Positions 54,824 to 63,963 of a stretch of 64,000 nucleotides of DNA are shown in pieces; position 1 is the stretch's first letter, and each line of letters begins with the position of its first letter. Source of the stretch: Candidatus Latescibacterota bacterium. Its GTDB lineage: Bacteria > Latescibacterota > UBA2968 > UBA8231. The position numbers and the translations under genes were made by a program. The stretch covers positions 1,600,001-1,664,000 of the forward strand of contig OZ241867.1 of NCBI GenBank assembly GCA_965203175.1. The letters run 5' to 3'. The notes under the pieces were generated by a model. It searched no databases, was not told the DNA's origin, and saw nothing but the letters and a program-made list of their open reading frames with translations.

Positions 54824-55564
54824 ATGAACGAACTCGAACAAGCCATCCAAGAAATTGAAATCTACGGCTTCACCCTGCTCGAAAGCGTTCTCGATTCCGA
54901 CACGGCCGCGGCCATGCGCCAAGCCCTGATCCGCTGCGAACAAGAGCACGGCACTGAACACACTAGTCGCGGCTCGGCCCGCCACGTGGCCAATCTCCCG
55001 GTCATGGATCGCATCTTCCACCAGTGCATTGACCACCCCCGCGTCTTGCCCATCCTCGAACACTTTCTCGAGCCCTCGCTGATTTTGGGCAGCCTCAATT
55101 CGCGTATCGTCCGCCCCGGCGACGGCTTCCAAAACCTGCACAGCGATATCCCCGCCTATATGCTCAACATGGACACGCCGGTGATGATGAATACGGTGTG
55201 GATGCTCGACGACTTTAGCCCTGAAATCGGCGGCACTCGCGTGGTGCCCGGCTCGCACAAGAGCGGTCTCGCCGCACCCCCGGAGGGATTCGCAGTCCAG
55301 CACGAGGTGCAGCCCACCGCCCCAGCCGGCTCGGTGATCGTCTTCAACGGCCAGTGCTGGCACGGCGGCGGTGCCAACACCGGCGACCGCAACCGCCACG
55401 CCCTTTTCGGCCACTATAGAAAGCACATGTTGGTCTTCCAACTCGACCCACACGACGGCTTCCCACCCGAGTGGTGGGACAGCTTGAGCCCGCGCCAGCG
55501 CCAACTGATGAGGATGCAAAACGGCCCGGGTGCCCTGCATGCCGCCGATGTGCATTTTCGCTAG
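54824..55564 (+). CDS. PhyH-family dioxygenase
   Basis: YGFTLL, LHSD, WMLDDF..GGT..PGSH, WHGGGAN. Confidence 0.9.
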   Translation: MNELEQAIQEIEIYGFTLLESVLDSDTAAAMRQALIRCEQEHGTEHTSRGSARHVANLPVMDRIFHQCIDHPRVLPILEHFLEPSLILGSLNSRIVRPGDGFQNLHSDIPAYMLNMDTPVMMNTVWMLDDFSPEIGGTRVVPGSHKSGLAAPPEGFAVQHEVQPTAPAGSVIVFNGQCWHGGGANTGDRNRHALFGHYRKHMLVFQLDPHDGFPPEWWDSLSPRQRQLMRMQNGPGALHAADVHFR

Positions 55565-55574
55565 GAGGCAGAAC

Positions 55575-57626
55575 ATGCTGAGCACCCGCAGCTTCGCGCT
55601 CATCCTTGGTATTGGGTTTCTAGCTCCAACCGTCCTAAAGGCTGAAGTGACGACTTGGCAACTTGGCGGCAGCCAGCCTTGGACCGGCCAAGATACAGTC
55701 AGCATTATGATTGACTTTGAGCGCGTCCCTGGTGCCATTCAGCCGGTGCGCGTCGAGCCGGGCGTCAACATCATTTCCCTGCTCAGCAACTGGACCACCT
55801 TCCGCCAGCCCAAAGACCTAGGCTATATCGACGGCGAGCGCCCCCGCATCTGGAAGTGGAACGAAGGCAACGGCGACCCAACCGAAAACGGCGTCGCACT
55901 CATTGATGCCGACAGCACCACGTACAATTCCTCCAAGGCCGAGGGCATTGGCAAGCAGTTTTTCACTATCGACTTGGCCGTGCCCGTGCCGGCGCACACC
56001 TTCGGCTTCCACACTCCTTCGGGCGGTTTCCGCTCCGACGGCACGCCGCTGCGCACGGATTCGACGCCGGCCTTTCAAATCTCGATCCAAGAGGAAAACA
56101 GCGATATTTTCGCCATCAAAGGCCCGCTGCCCCTCGCGAGGATCGTCGCCGAGCCGACGCAAAATTTTGCGCCTGACGTGCGCATTGGTTTCGACCAGCA
56201 ATACGTGCGCTTCTTTCGCTGGGCCCGCAAATTCTCCATCATCGACGAGACGGCCTTGACCCGCGTTAGCGGCACGTCCGGCGGCCAAGGCAATCAGGCC
56301 CGCTCGCTCTTGGGCACCATCAGCGAGTTTGAGGTCTATGGCGAGGGCTTTCCCAAGCGAGCCACGTACCGCTCCAAAATCATCGACCTCGGGGCCGAAC
56401 AAAACTTTGGCCGACTGTTCTTTACCGCCACGCCGATGCGCTTTGTCGGTAGCGAGGCCGTCGAGGCCCCTGATGCACGGGCCTTCGCCGAGATCGAGAT
56501 TCGCACGGGCCGAGACGACGACCCGAACATCTATCACGAGTACACGGTCACCGGCAAGGAGAAGGTCGTCTCCCGCGCCCGCTACGAGAACGATCTCCGC
56601 ACTGGGTTTGCCCGCACGTGCGCCTCCTGTGACTTTGTCCAGCGCAGCCCCCGTCCTGGAATGCGGGCCGCAATTACCTACGACCGCGATAACTGGACCT
56701 TCTGGTCAACGCCCACGACCCAGTCTGGTCTGCCGCTCAACCTCGACAGTGGCTCCTTCATACAGGTGTTCATCACGCTGCACAGTACTCGCTTTGCGGA
56801 TTTTGTGCGCTTGGATTCGCTGTGGATCGAGCGGGCACCGCTGTTGGCAGCGCGCGTCCTCGGCGAAGTGGCCCCACTCGACGATCCACGGCCCACACAC
56901 GGATTCGGCGAGGTGGCCTTGGGCGAAATGGTCGAGTTTGCGTACGACCTATCGGCCTCCTTCTCAGGGGGAAATCAGCGCGGCTTCGACCAAGTGCGTA
57001 TCCAAACGGGTGCCCGGCCCGCGTTCAAAGAGTTACTCGTCGGTGGCCAAGCGACCGACCCAGCCGCCGTCCGCGAAGAGGACAATGGGCTGACAGTAGT
57101 TCTACCCGAGCGCGTTACCCGCGCCAACAACGCGCCGTTGCGCATCGTCTTTGCCGCAGAAGTGTTTGAACTGGCTACCACATTCTTGGGCACTGTTACC
57201 GACTCGGAGATCGAGACCTTGCCCCAACCCATTGTCTCTGGCGACGCCAGCGAATTGCTCTCCACTAACAGTCTGCGCGTTCTCAGCGTTTCGGATCAGC
57301 AACCCACTCAGGTGCAAAACTTGCGCTTTTCAACGCCCGTGTTGACGCCTAATGGCGACGACGTTCACGACGAACTCCGCGTGGCCTATGCCCTCTATGG
57401 TTTGCCAGAACAAGTACCCGTCGAACTGGTGATCTACACACTCGACGGTCGCCACGTGGCGACCGTGCCCCAAGGCTTGCAAACGGCCGGTCCGCAAATG
57501 GCCCGCTGGGATGGACGCGACGCACAGGGTGCTGCCCTGCCTCCGGGCGTGTACCTAATCTCCGTAACCCTGCAATCCGAGCGCCGCGCTGCCGCCGTGC
57601 TCCGCCCCGTGGGCATAGCGTACTGA
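55575..57626 (+). CDS. Secreted protein with discoidin-like domains and C-terminal FlgD-Ig domain
   Basis: RBS AGGAGG, signal peptide, IDL..SEFEVYG. C-terminus TPNGDD..IYTLDG..WDGRD..PGVY..IAY. Confidence 0.75.
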   Translation: MLSTRSFALILGIGFLAPTVLKAEVTTWQLGGSQPWTGQDTVSIMIDFERVPGAIQPVRVEPGVNIISLLSNWTTFRQPKDLGYIDGERPRIWKWNEGNGDPTENGVALIDADSTTYNSSKAEGIGKQFFTIDLAVPVPAHTFGFHTPSGGFRSDGTPLRTDSTPAFQISIQEENSDIFAIKGPLPLARIVAEPTQNFAPDVRIGFDQQYVRFFRWARKFSIIDETALTRVSGTSGGQGNQARSLLGTISEFEVYGEGFPKRATYRSKIIDLGAEQNFGRLFFTATPMRFVGSEAVEAPDARAFAEIEIRTGRDDDPNIYHEYTVTGKEKVVSRARYENDLRTGFARTCASCDFVQRSPRPGMRAAITYDRDNWTFWSTPTTQSGLPLNLDSGSFIQVFITLHSTRFADFVRLDSLWIERAPLLAARVLGEVAPLDDPRPTHGFGEVALGEMVEFAYDLSASFSGGNQRGFDQVRIQTGARPAFKELLVGGQATDPAAVREEDNGLTVVLPERVTRANNAPLRIVFAAEVFELATTFLGTVTDSEIETLPQPIVSGDASELLSTNSLRVLSVSDQQPTQVQNLRFSTPVLTPNGDDVHDELRVAYALYGLPEQVPVELVIYTLDGRHVATVPQGLQTAGPQMARWDGRDAQGAALPPGVYLISVTLQSERRAAAVLRPVGIAY

Positions 57627-57639
57627 GGGGGTGGGAACG

Positions 57640-59985
57640 ATGCGATTTCTTCTGCCGCTTGTCTGCGTCGCTTTTGCTGCTACGGTCGTTAGCAGCGAAA
57701 CCCTGACCTTTCAAGGGCAAGATGCTTGGGCGACTTGGCAGGCACCCTTCGGCCTGACCGAAGTGGGCGACAATGGCCAGCTACAACTCGTCAAGTTCCG
57801 CAAGGACATCAACGCAGTTGCTGATGCCCATCTTTTTTCCTATGAGAGCAAGAGCCGTGGGCAAACTACGGGCGGCATCTGGGAGGCGACCTCCAATCCA
57901 GCCGATGCAGACTACATCATCGACGGGGATCTCCAGACCTTTTGGCGTCCAGACCCGGCGGATGCCGTCGAGGACTGGGCCATTGAAATAGATTTGGGCC
58001 GCGCCGTGCTGGCCCGGGAGATACGCCTCGTCTTTCCCGACGAGGAGGGTGCGCGTCCCTTCCGCCAGTTTACCGTGTACGGCAGCCCGGGGACCCGCAT
58101 CTCAGTGCAAGACGACCTGGTGCTGCTAGAGCCGCTCTTCCGCACGACCCGACCCAACGCGGCCAGCGAACTCGTCATCCCCCTCGGGTTCACCGCCCGC
58201 GACAGTGTACTTCAGCTCGACGAGGGTTTGGGTCTCGACCCGGTGACCAAAAACAACTATCGGGTGATCCAGCGCATTCGCATTGAGGCCGAAGAAAAGA
58301 CCCCAGGCGCGGCATTGGCCGAGATCGAGGTCCGCGGCATCGGCGACAACATCAGCATTGGCACCATGCAGCGGGGTCGTTTTGTCAACGGAGTCAACTC
58401 AGTCGATCCGCAAAATCTCTTCGACGCCGACATGAACACCAACAACCTAATCGGCTCTTCGTATGGCAGTCTCGGCTGGAAGGATGGCGGGGTGTGGTTT
58501 GGAGTGGATTTGGGGGCGGTGTTTTTCGTCGATGAATTCTTTCTCTATTCCTTTAGACCCGACGAGGGCTTGGTGGGCTTTTCGATCAGAGGCACCGGCC
58601 CGGGCCATACCGTGCTCTATTCAGACGGCACCCACAGCCTCAGTTCCAATCTGCCCGTGCCCGATGCATTTGACTACACAGAGCTTCTGACCCACATCAA
58701 TCCCAACGCTGATCGCCTGCTCTACATTCGCTATATGTTCAAGCCGCGCAAGATGCGCTACTTCTTCTGGCACGGCATCAGGGACACCGGCTGGGGCATC
58801 GTCAAATGGGCCGAGTTCATGTTGTTCTCCCCGGGTTATCCCGCCGAAGTAGTATTGCACTCGGACTTTGTGGACTTGGGCCAGCTCGCGGGCGATGGTC
58901 GTCCAAAAGTCATCAAAAATCTCTCTTGGGATGCCGAGCTGGCCGCGGGCACCCGCCTGCAGTTGCGCTCGCGCTCGGGCAATTCGCTAGAGCCGGTCTA
59001 TACATTTTACAACAAGATCGGCGAACAGGTCACCGAGGAGAAGTGGAATAGTTCGCCCAAGGTGCTGCGCGGCCCGGTCGATACGACACTCGTGGTCGGC
59101 GAGGATTGGGGGGAATGGAGCAACGTCTATCAGTTCTCGGGTGAGGCATTCCAATCGGAAAGCCCGCGCCGCTTCATCCTGCTGGAGATGATCCTCTCCA
59201 CCGATGACCCAAGCGTGGCACCGGTGGTCCATTCGCTCTCGGTCGAGTTTGAGGACGCGCTGTTACAGGGCGCGGTGGGCCGCATTGAGCCGCGCCAAGC
59301 CAGCCCCAACGAGGACACCCGTTTTACCTATACGCTGTGGCCGCAGATGGAGGCTGAGGATTCGGGTTTCGACCTACTGCGCTTTACCGTGCCGGGCCGG
59401 ATTGACGCCGAGAACCTCGAGCTACACATCGGCCCTGCGCCAATTGCGCCCGCCCGCGTCGAGCAGCGAGGCGACTCGCTGTTGGTCGCCTTGCCGCACA
59501 TTGTGACCGAGGACTCGATTCGGGTGGGTTTCACTACGCGGGTTTTGCACAACGCCACGGTTTTTCCCCTCGATCTCGGGTTGAGCGAGCGGCCCGGCCT
59601 CTGGCAGTCGGTCGAGCCAGCCGAGCGCCGCTCTCAGGTAGTAATGCTCCCCGAACTAGCCGAGCACGGCCAACTCATCGACGCACTAGAACTGGCCTCG
59701 CCCGTGATCACGCCCAACGGCGACGGGGTCAACGACGCGCTCGACATGCGCTTTGTGGTCTTCAAGCTAGACGCGGCGACCCCCACGCTCGCGCTCTACG
59801 ACCTAGCGGGCCGCCAAATCGCTGCGGTCGAATCCACGCCGACCGCAACGGGCCATCGCTTCACTTGGACGGCTCGCGACGAGTCGGGGACCTTAGTCGC
59901 ACCGGGCATGTATCTCTATCGCCTCGATCTGGGGGCCGAGTCGGGGCCAGGGACGCACACGGGTGCGATCTCTGTTGTCTATTAA
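57640..59985 (+). CDS. Secreted protein with discoidin-like domains and C-terminal FlgD-Ig domain (paralog of 55575..57626)
   Basis: Signal peptide, IIDGD..TFW..IDLG. C-terminus TPNGDGVND..YDLAG..W..RD..PGMY..VVY. Confidence 0.75.
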   Translation: MRFLLPLVCVAFAATVVSSETLTFQGQDAWATWQAPFGLTEVGDNGQLQLVKFRKDINAVADAHLFSYESKSRGQTTGGIWEATSNPADADYIIDGDLQTFWRPDPADAVEDWAIEIDLGRAVLAREIRLVFPDEEGARPFRQFTVYGSPGTRISVQDDLVLLEPLFRTTRPNAASELVIPLGFTARDSVLQLDEGLGLDPVTKNNYRVIQRIRIEAEEKTPGAALAEIEVRGIGDNISIGTMQRGRFVNGVNSVDPQNLFDADMNTNNLIGSSYGSLGWKDGGVWFGVDLGAVFFVDEFFLYSFRPDEGLVGFSIRGTGPGHTVLYSDGTHSLSSNLPVPDAFDYTELLTHINPNADRLLYIRYMFKPRKMRYFFWHGIRDTGWGIVKWAEFMLFSPGYPAEVVLHSDFVDLGQLAGDGRPKVIKNLSWDAELAAGTRLQLRSRSGNSLEPVYTFYNKIGEQVTEEKWNSSPKVLRGPVDTTLVVGEDWGEWSNVYQFSGEAFQSESPRRFILLEMILSTDDPSVAPVVHSLSVEFEDALLQGAVGRIEPRQASPNEDTRFTYTLWPQMEAEDSGFDLLRFTVPGRIDAENLELHIGPAPIAPARVEQRGDSLLVALPHIVTEDSIRVGFTTRVLHNATVFPLDLGLSERPGLWQSVEPAERRSQVVMLPELAEHGQLIDALELASPVITPNGDGVNDALDMRFVVFKLDAATPTLALYDLAGRQIAAVESTPTATGHRFTWTARDESGTLVAPGMYLYRLDLGAESGPGTHTGAISVVY

Positions 59986-60001
59986 AACCAGATAAAATTA
60001 A

Positions 60002-60028
60002 CGGGATTGGCAGGATTTATGGGATTAG
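60002..60028 (+). repeat. Degenerate 9-bp tandem repeat (NRGGATTNN)x3
   Basis: cgggattgg-caggattta-tgggattag just after the stop of 57640..59985. Confidence 0.5.
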
Positions 60029-60150
60029 GTCTGTCGCTTATGAAAGTTCAACACTGTTTTGGTGAAACGATGCGGTTTGTAACGAATGCCCTGTTATCTA
60101 TGCTTCTCTTTCTCCCTTCCATCGCCTTCACAACTCAAAGGAGTTCCACT

Positions 60151-61224
60151 ATGAGTGACTATCTCGTCTATATCGGCACCTATTCCAGCGGCGACGAGGA
60201 CGGCATCCATGTCTATCGCCTCGACATGGCCACCGGTGCGCTCGCGCATCAAAGCAGCATTGGCGGCATTGACAATCCGTCCTTCCTCGACATCGCGCCC
60301 AACCGCCGCTTCCTCTACGCCATCGGCGAGACCAGTGCGGTCGGCGACCGGCCCGGCGGCGCGGTTGCGGCCTTTGCCATTGACCAACAGAGCGGAGCCC
60401 TCACCCACATCAACACCGAATCGACCGTTGGCCCCGGCCCCTGCCACATCAGCATCGACCGCGCTGGTAAGTACGCGCTAGCCGCCAACTACGGCGGCGG
60501 CAGCGTCGCCATCCTGCCAATCCGCGAAGATGGCTCGCTCGGCCCGGCTACGGATTTCGTCCAACACGAGGGTTCTTCTGTCAACCCAGGCCGCCAAGAG
60601 GGGCCACATGCCCACTCGATTATGGTCGCCCCCAACAACAAACACGCCTTTGCCCCCGACTTGGGCATCGACAAGGTGCTCATCTATGCGATCAACCACG
60701 AAAATGGCAAGCTCGTCGCGCAGACGCCTGCGGAAATCGCTCCCGGCAGCGGCCCGCGCCATCTCGCCTTCCACCCCGACAGCCAACGGGCTTACGTCAT
60801 CAACGAGTTGAGCAACACCATCACGGCGTTTGACTACGACGCCGACGCCGGCACGCTCGCCACCATCCAGACCATCTCGACGCTGCCCGACGGCTATGCG
60901 GAGGTCAGCCACACCGCCGACATCCACGTCCACCCCAATGGCCGCTTCCTCTACGGATCCAATCGCGGCCACGACTCCATTGCCGTCTATGCTATCGATC
61001 AAGACAATGGCCAACTCGCACTCGTCGAGATCGTGCCAACCGGCGGTGCCAATCCGCGCAACTTCGGCCTCGACCCCACGGGCACCTACCTAATCGTCGG
61101 CAACCACAGCACCGACGACATCTTCACCTTCCGCGTTGATCCAGACACCGGCAAGCTCACGCCCACCGGCCACAAGGCCGAAGTCGGCACGCCCGTGTGC
61201 CACAAATTCATTCCGGTTTTTTAG
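60151..61224 (+). CDS. pgl: 6-phosphogluconolactonase family lactonase
   Basis: YIGTY, NPSFL, PCH, ANY, PHAH, GPRH, SNRGHDS, PRNF. RBS AAGGAG. Alternative start 60070 would add a signal-like peptide. Confidence 0.85.
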   Translation: MSDYLVYIGTYSSGDEDGIHVYRLDMATGALAHQSSIGGIDNPSFLDIAPNRRFLYAIGETSAVGDRPGGAVAAFAIDQQSGALTHINTESTVGPGPCHISIDRAGKYALAANYGGGSVAILPIREDGSLGPATDFVQHEGSSVNPGRQEGPHAHSIMVAPNNKHAFAPDLGIDKVLIYAINHENGKLVAQTPAEIAPGSGPRHLAFHPDSQRAYVINELSNTITAFDYDADAGTLATIQTISTLPDGYAEVSHTADIHVHPNGRFLYGSNRGHDSIAVYAIDQDNGQLALVEIVPTGGANPRNFGLDPTGTYLIVGNHSTDDIFTFRVDPDTGKLTPTGHKAEVGTPVCHKFIPVF

Positions 61225-61234
61225 GAATAGGCGG

Positions 61235-61276
61235 CAGGGCGTGCAACGTTGCTATTGGACCGCGTTGTACGCCCTG
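61235..61276. repeat. REP-like or terminator-like inverted repeat
   Basis: cagggcgtgcaacg / cgttgtacgccctg, 13/14 complementary. Confidence 0.65.
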
Positions 61277-61343
61277 TCGTTGAATGTCTAGCGCCGGTCA
61301 GGCACATCGCACCGTATTGGGAAAGGGGTTTGCACAACGAGCT

Positions 61344-62003
61344 ATGGCTCGGGCGATCATTTTTGACTTTGACCTTACACTAGCGGACTCAACAAAAGGC
61401 ATCATTGAGTGTGTCAATTTTGCGTTGGAAAGGTTGAATCTGCCCCAAGCCGATGACGAGCGAATAAAGCGAACTATCGGTATGTCTTTGGGGAATACCT
61501 TCCTGAGTCTGACTGGGCAAACAAACAATCAGAACGTCAACTTGTTCATAAGCAACTTTGTCGAACGAGCTGATCAGGTTATGGCGGACTTAACGTCCAT
61601 GTTTGATAGGGTTCCCGCGACAACTGAGCGGTTGATTGAAATGGGTTTTGCATTGGGAATCGCGTCGACGAAATTCCGCTATAGAATTGAGGAGATCCTA
61701 GCGAGAGAAGGGCTGTCCAATCGCTTTCGCGTCATCATCGGCGGAGAAGATGTTACCGAACACAAGCCTCATCCCAGCGCTTTGACAACCGCTATCTCTA
61801 GAATGCAAATGGATGCTAATGACGTACTTTACGTTGGCGACAGTACGATTGATGCGTTAACAGCCGAACGGGCCAAGGTGCCCTTTATTGCGGTACTATC
61901 AGGCGCTACGAGCAAAAGTGAATTTGACGAAGTTCCCAAAATTGCGGTTATCGATGATATTTCAGCGCTGCCTCGATTGCTTCGTAATTATCGAAGTCTT
62001 TGA
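61344..62003 (+). CDS. HAD hydrolase (phosphoglycolate phosphatase-like), AT-richer than flanks
   Basis: FDFDLTLADS, STK, HKPHP, YVGDS..D. Confidence 0.88.
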   Translation: MARAIIFDFDLTLADSTKGIIECVNFALERLNLPQADDERIKRTIGMSLGNTFLSLTGQTNNQNVNLFISNFVERADQVMADLTSMFDRVPATTERLIEMGFALGIASTKFRYRIEEILAREGLSNRFRVIIGGEDVTEHKPHPSALTTAISRMQMDANDVLYVGDSTIDALTAERAKVPFIAVLSGATSKSEFDEVPKIAVIDDISALPRLLRNYRSL

Positions 62004-62175
62004 GCAGTTCGGCGTTACCTTCTCTCAGAGGTTTGACGCGACATTCCATTCTCGTCAGATCACTAGCGACCAGAGTTACTTCTGACGATCCAATCCGCTC
62101 GTCAACGGCTGTAGCAAAGCCCTCGACTTGTTCAACGGTATAGATAACAGGGGCCGCGTCTAGGTAAAGCCGCAT
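61948..62175 (-). pseudogene. Truncated PIN-domain (VapC) toxin
   Basis: MRLYLDAAPVIY..SDLTRMECRVKP is the N-terminal half of a PIN domain. The ORF runs into the 3' end of the HAD gene and stops at 75 aa. Confidence 0.7.
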
Positions 62176-62178
62176 AGG

Positions 62179-62661
62179 TTACTGTTCCCAGCTTTCCCGC
62201 TCACTGTGTAGGTCAGCATCAACCTCTTCCCGAGTTGGGGGTTTATGGCCACGCACCTGCTGTCGAGCGCGTATATCTGCCATTAGCTCCCGATAGGAAC
62301 GTGAAGAACCTAGCGAAGGGGAGGCTACGCCAGCTAAGTACCGCTCCAACGCCTCTTTGACCACTTGGTTGAGGTTTGCGCCCTTCTCCTTGGCACATAG
62401 GGCTGCCCGGCGATGTAGGTCGCTGCCCATCCGCACGTTGAAACTGCCTTTGAACGGCTGTTCGGGCTGTCGTCCTTCCTGCCGGCATAGGTCGAGGTAG
62501 CCATTCACCGCTTCTTCAAAAGCGGAGCGCAGTGAGTCCACGTCTGTCCCTTCATAACTGACGAGGTCGCGGATGAATTCGAGCTTGCCGTAGAAAATCC
62601 GGTCGTCGTCGTCGTAGTGCGCCGAGCCGGTGTAGCCCTTATAAGTCATCATGTCTCTCAT
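62179..62661 (-). CDS. HicB-family antitoxin with VapB-like C-terminal extension
   Basis: MTYKGY.G..FYG..YEG..AFEEAV..YL..FKGSFNVR..LHR..LN, plus tail TREEVDADLHSERESWE. Confidence 0.8.
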   Translation of the reverse strand: MRDMMTYKGYTGSAHYDDDDRIFYGKLEFIRDLVSYEGTDVDSLRSAFEEAVNGYLDLCRQEGRQPEQPFKGSFNVRMGSDLHRRAALCAKEKGANLNQVVKEALERYLAGVASPSLGSSRSYRELMADIRARQQVRGHKPPTREEVDADLHSERESWEQ

Positions 62662-62802
62662 ATCAGTCTCTTTGTTCAAGGGCTTTAGGCATCTAAGTGC
62701 GTTTCCCAAAAATAATATATGCCGCTCTTCATAGAGTAGCAACTAAATTTAGTTGCTACATCAAACTACGGACTATTTTGGCAGAACATTTCGAAATAGC
62801 CA

Positions 62803-63963
62803 CTACCAGTTCGTATGCGACCCATCCCGGCGGCGCAAATGCGGTGCTTCCCAAAACTTGAATTCCTGCTCCTTGGCCAGCTCTTCGTTGAATTCCACGC
62901 CCAGTCCCGGCCCCTCGGGCACCTTTAACATCGACCCCACCAATTCGCACTGCTCTGGAAACAAATCCTCGTCCATGAACTTGCCCGCTTCCGTCGGCGT
63001 CACGCGGTGTTCGAGCCACGCGAAGTTGGGCACGGCCGCCGCCAGATGCACGGTCGCGGCGGTGCAGATCGGCCCCAGCGGGTTGTGGGGCATCAGGTCG
63101 ATGTAGTGGGATTCTGCCAAGCTCGCCACCTTCATCGACTCGGTTAGCCCGCCGACATTGCACACGTCGATCCGCGCAAACTGCGTGATTCCGCGTTCGA
63201 GATAGGGCAAAAACTGCCACTTGCTGGCAAATTCCTCGCCGATGGCAAAGGGTACGTCGGTCATGGTGCGGAGTGATTCGTAGGCTTCGGGACACTCGTC
63301 GCGAATGGGTTCTTCGAGGAAATCGAGCGTCCCCGGCGGCATCTTTTGGCAGAACGACGCGCTCTCGGCGACCGTCAGCCGATGGTGGTAGTCAATGCCC
63401 AAGACCGGGTCGGGACCAATTTCACGGCGCACTTCAGTCAGCCAAGCCGCGGTGATGCCGATGGACTCGCGCGGCTCGAACAGCAGCTCGTCGTCGTACT
63501 GTTTGCGCTGGGCCATTCCCGTGCGAATAACGTCCCAGCCCTTGTCCAACAGCAGCTTGCAGTTTTTGACCAAGGTCTCTAGATCCGGTGCCCCAGTCGT
63601 CGCAAAGCAGGGCACCCACTCGCGCTGCTTGCCGCCCAAAAGTTGATAGACCGGCACGCCGAGAGCCTTGCCTACCACGTCGTGTAAGGCGATGTTGAGG
63701 GCCGAAATCGCTGCGGTCAACACCCGCCCACCTTCAAAGTACTGGCCGCGGTACATCTCTTGCCAGAGCCGCCCGATCTCGCGTGGGTCGCGGCCGAGCA
63801 AAAACTCCCGGTAGTGCCGCACCGCGCCCACTACGGCCAGCTCGCGTCCCGATAGCCCCGACTCGCCCCAGCCGTGGATGCCTTCGTCGGTCTCGACCTT
63901 GACGATGAGTTGATTGCGGTGGCCAACCCAAGTTGGATAGGCTTTGATGTCGCTGATTTTCAT
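62803..63963 (-). CDS. Mandelate racemase family acid-sugar dehydratase (galactonate/mannonate dehydratase-like)
   Basis: VETDEGIHGWGE, VPVYQLLGG, DYHH, EEP, GEE, PHNP, PGLGV. Confidence 0.9.
   Translation of the reverse strand: MKISDIKAYPTWVGHRNQLIVKVETDEGIHGWGESGLSGRELAVVGAVRHYREFLLGRDPREIGRLWQEMYRGQYFEGGRVLTAAISALNIALHDVVGKALGVPVYQLLGGKQREWVPCFATTGAPDLETLVKNCKLLLDKGWDVIRTGMAQRKQYDDELLFEPRESIGITAAWLTEVRREIGPDPVLGIDYHHRLTVAESASFCQKMPPGTLDFLEEPIRDECPEAYESLRTMTDVPFAIGEEFASKWQFLPYLERGITQFARIDVCNVGGLTESMKVASLAESHYIDLMPHNPLGPICTAATVHLAAAVPNFAWLEHRVTPTEAGKFMDEDLFPEQCELVGSMLKVPEGPGLGVEFNEELAKEQEFKFWEAPHLRRRDGSHTNW

Noticed and set aside
54797-55738. 313-aa antisense ORF, and many similar antisense ORFs across the window
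   Set aside because: Mirror frames of GC-rich genes with no motifs or RBS.
62662-62760. Possible hicA remnant upstream of hicB
   Set aside because: AT-rich and short, with no recognisable HicA motif (GSH/GSR, HxPHP), so it cannot be supported.
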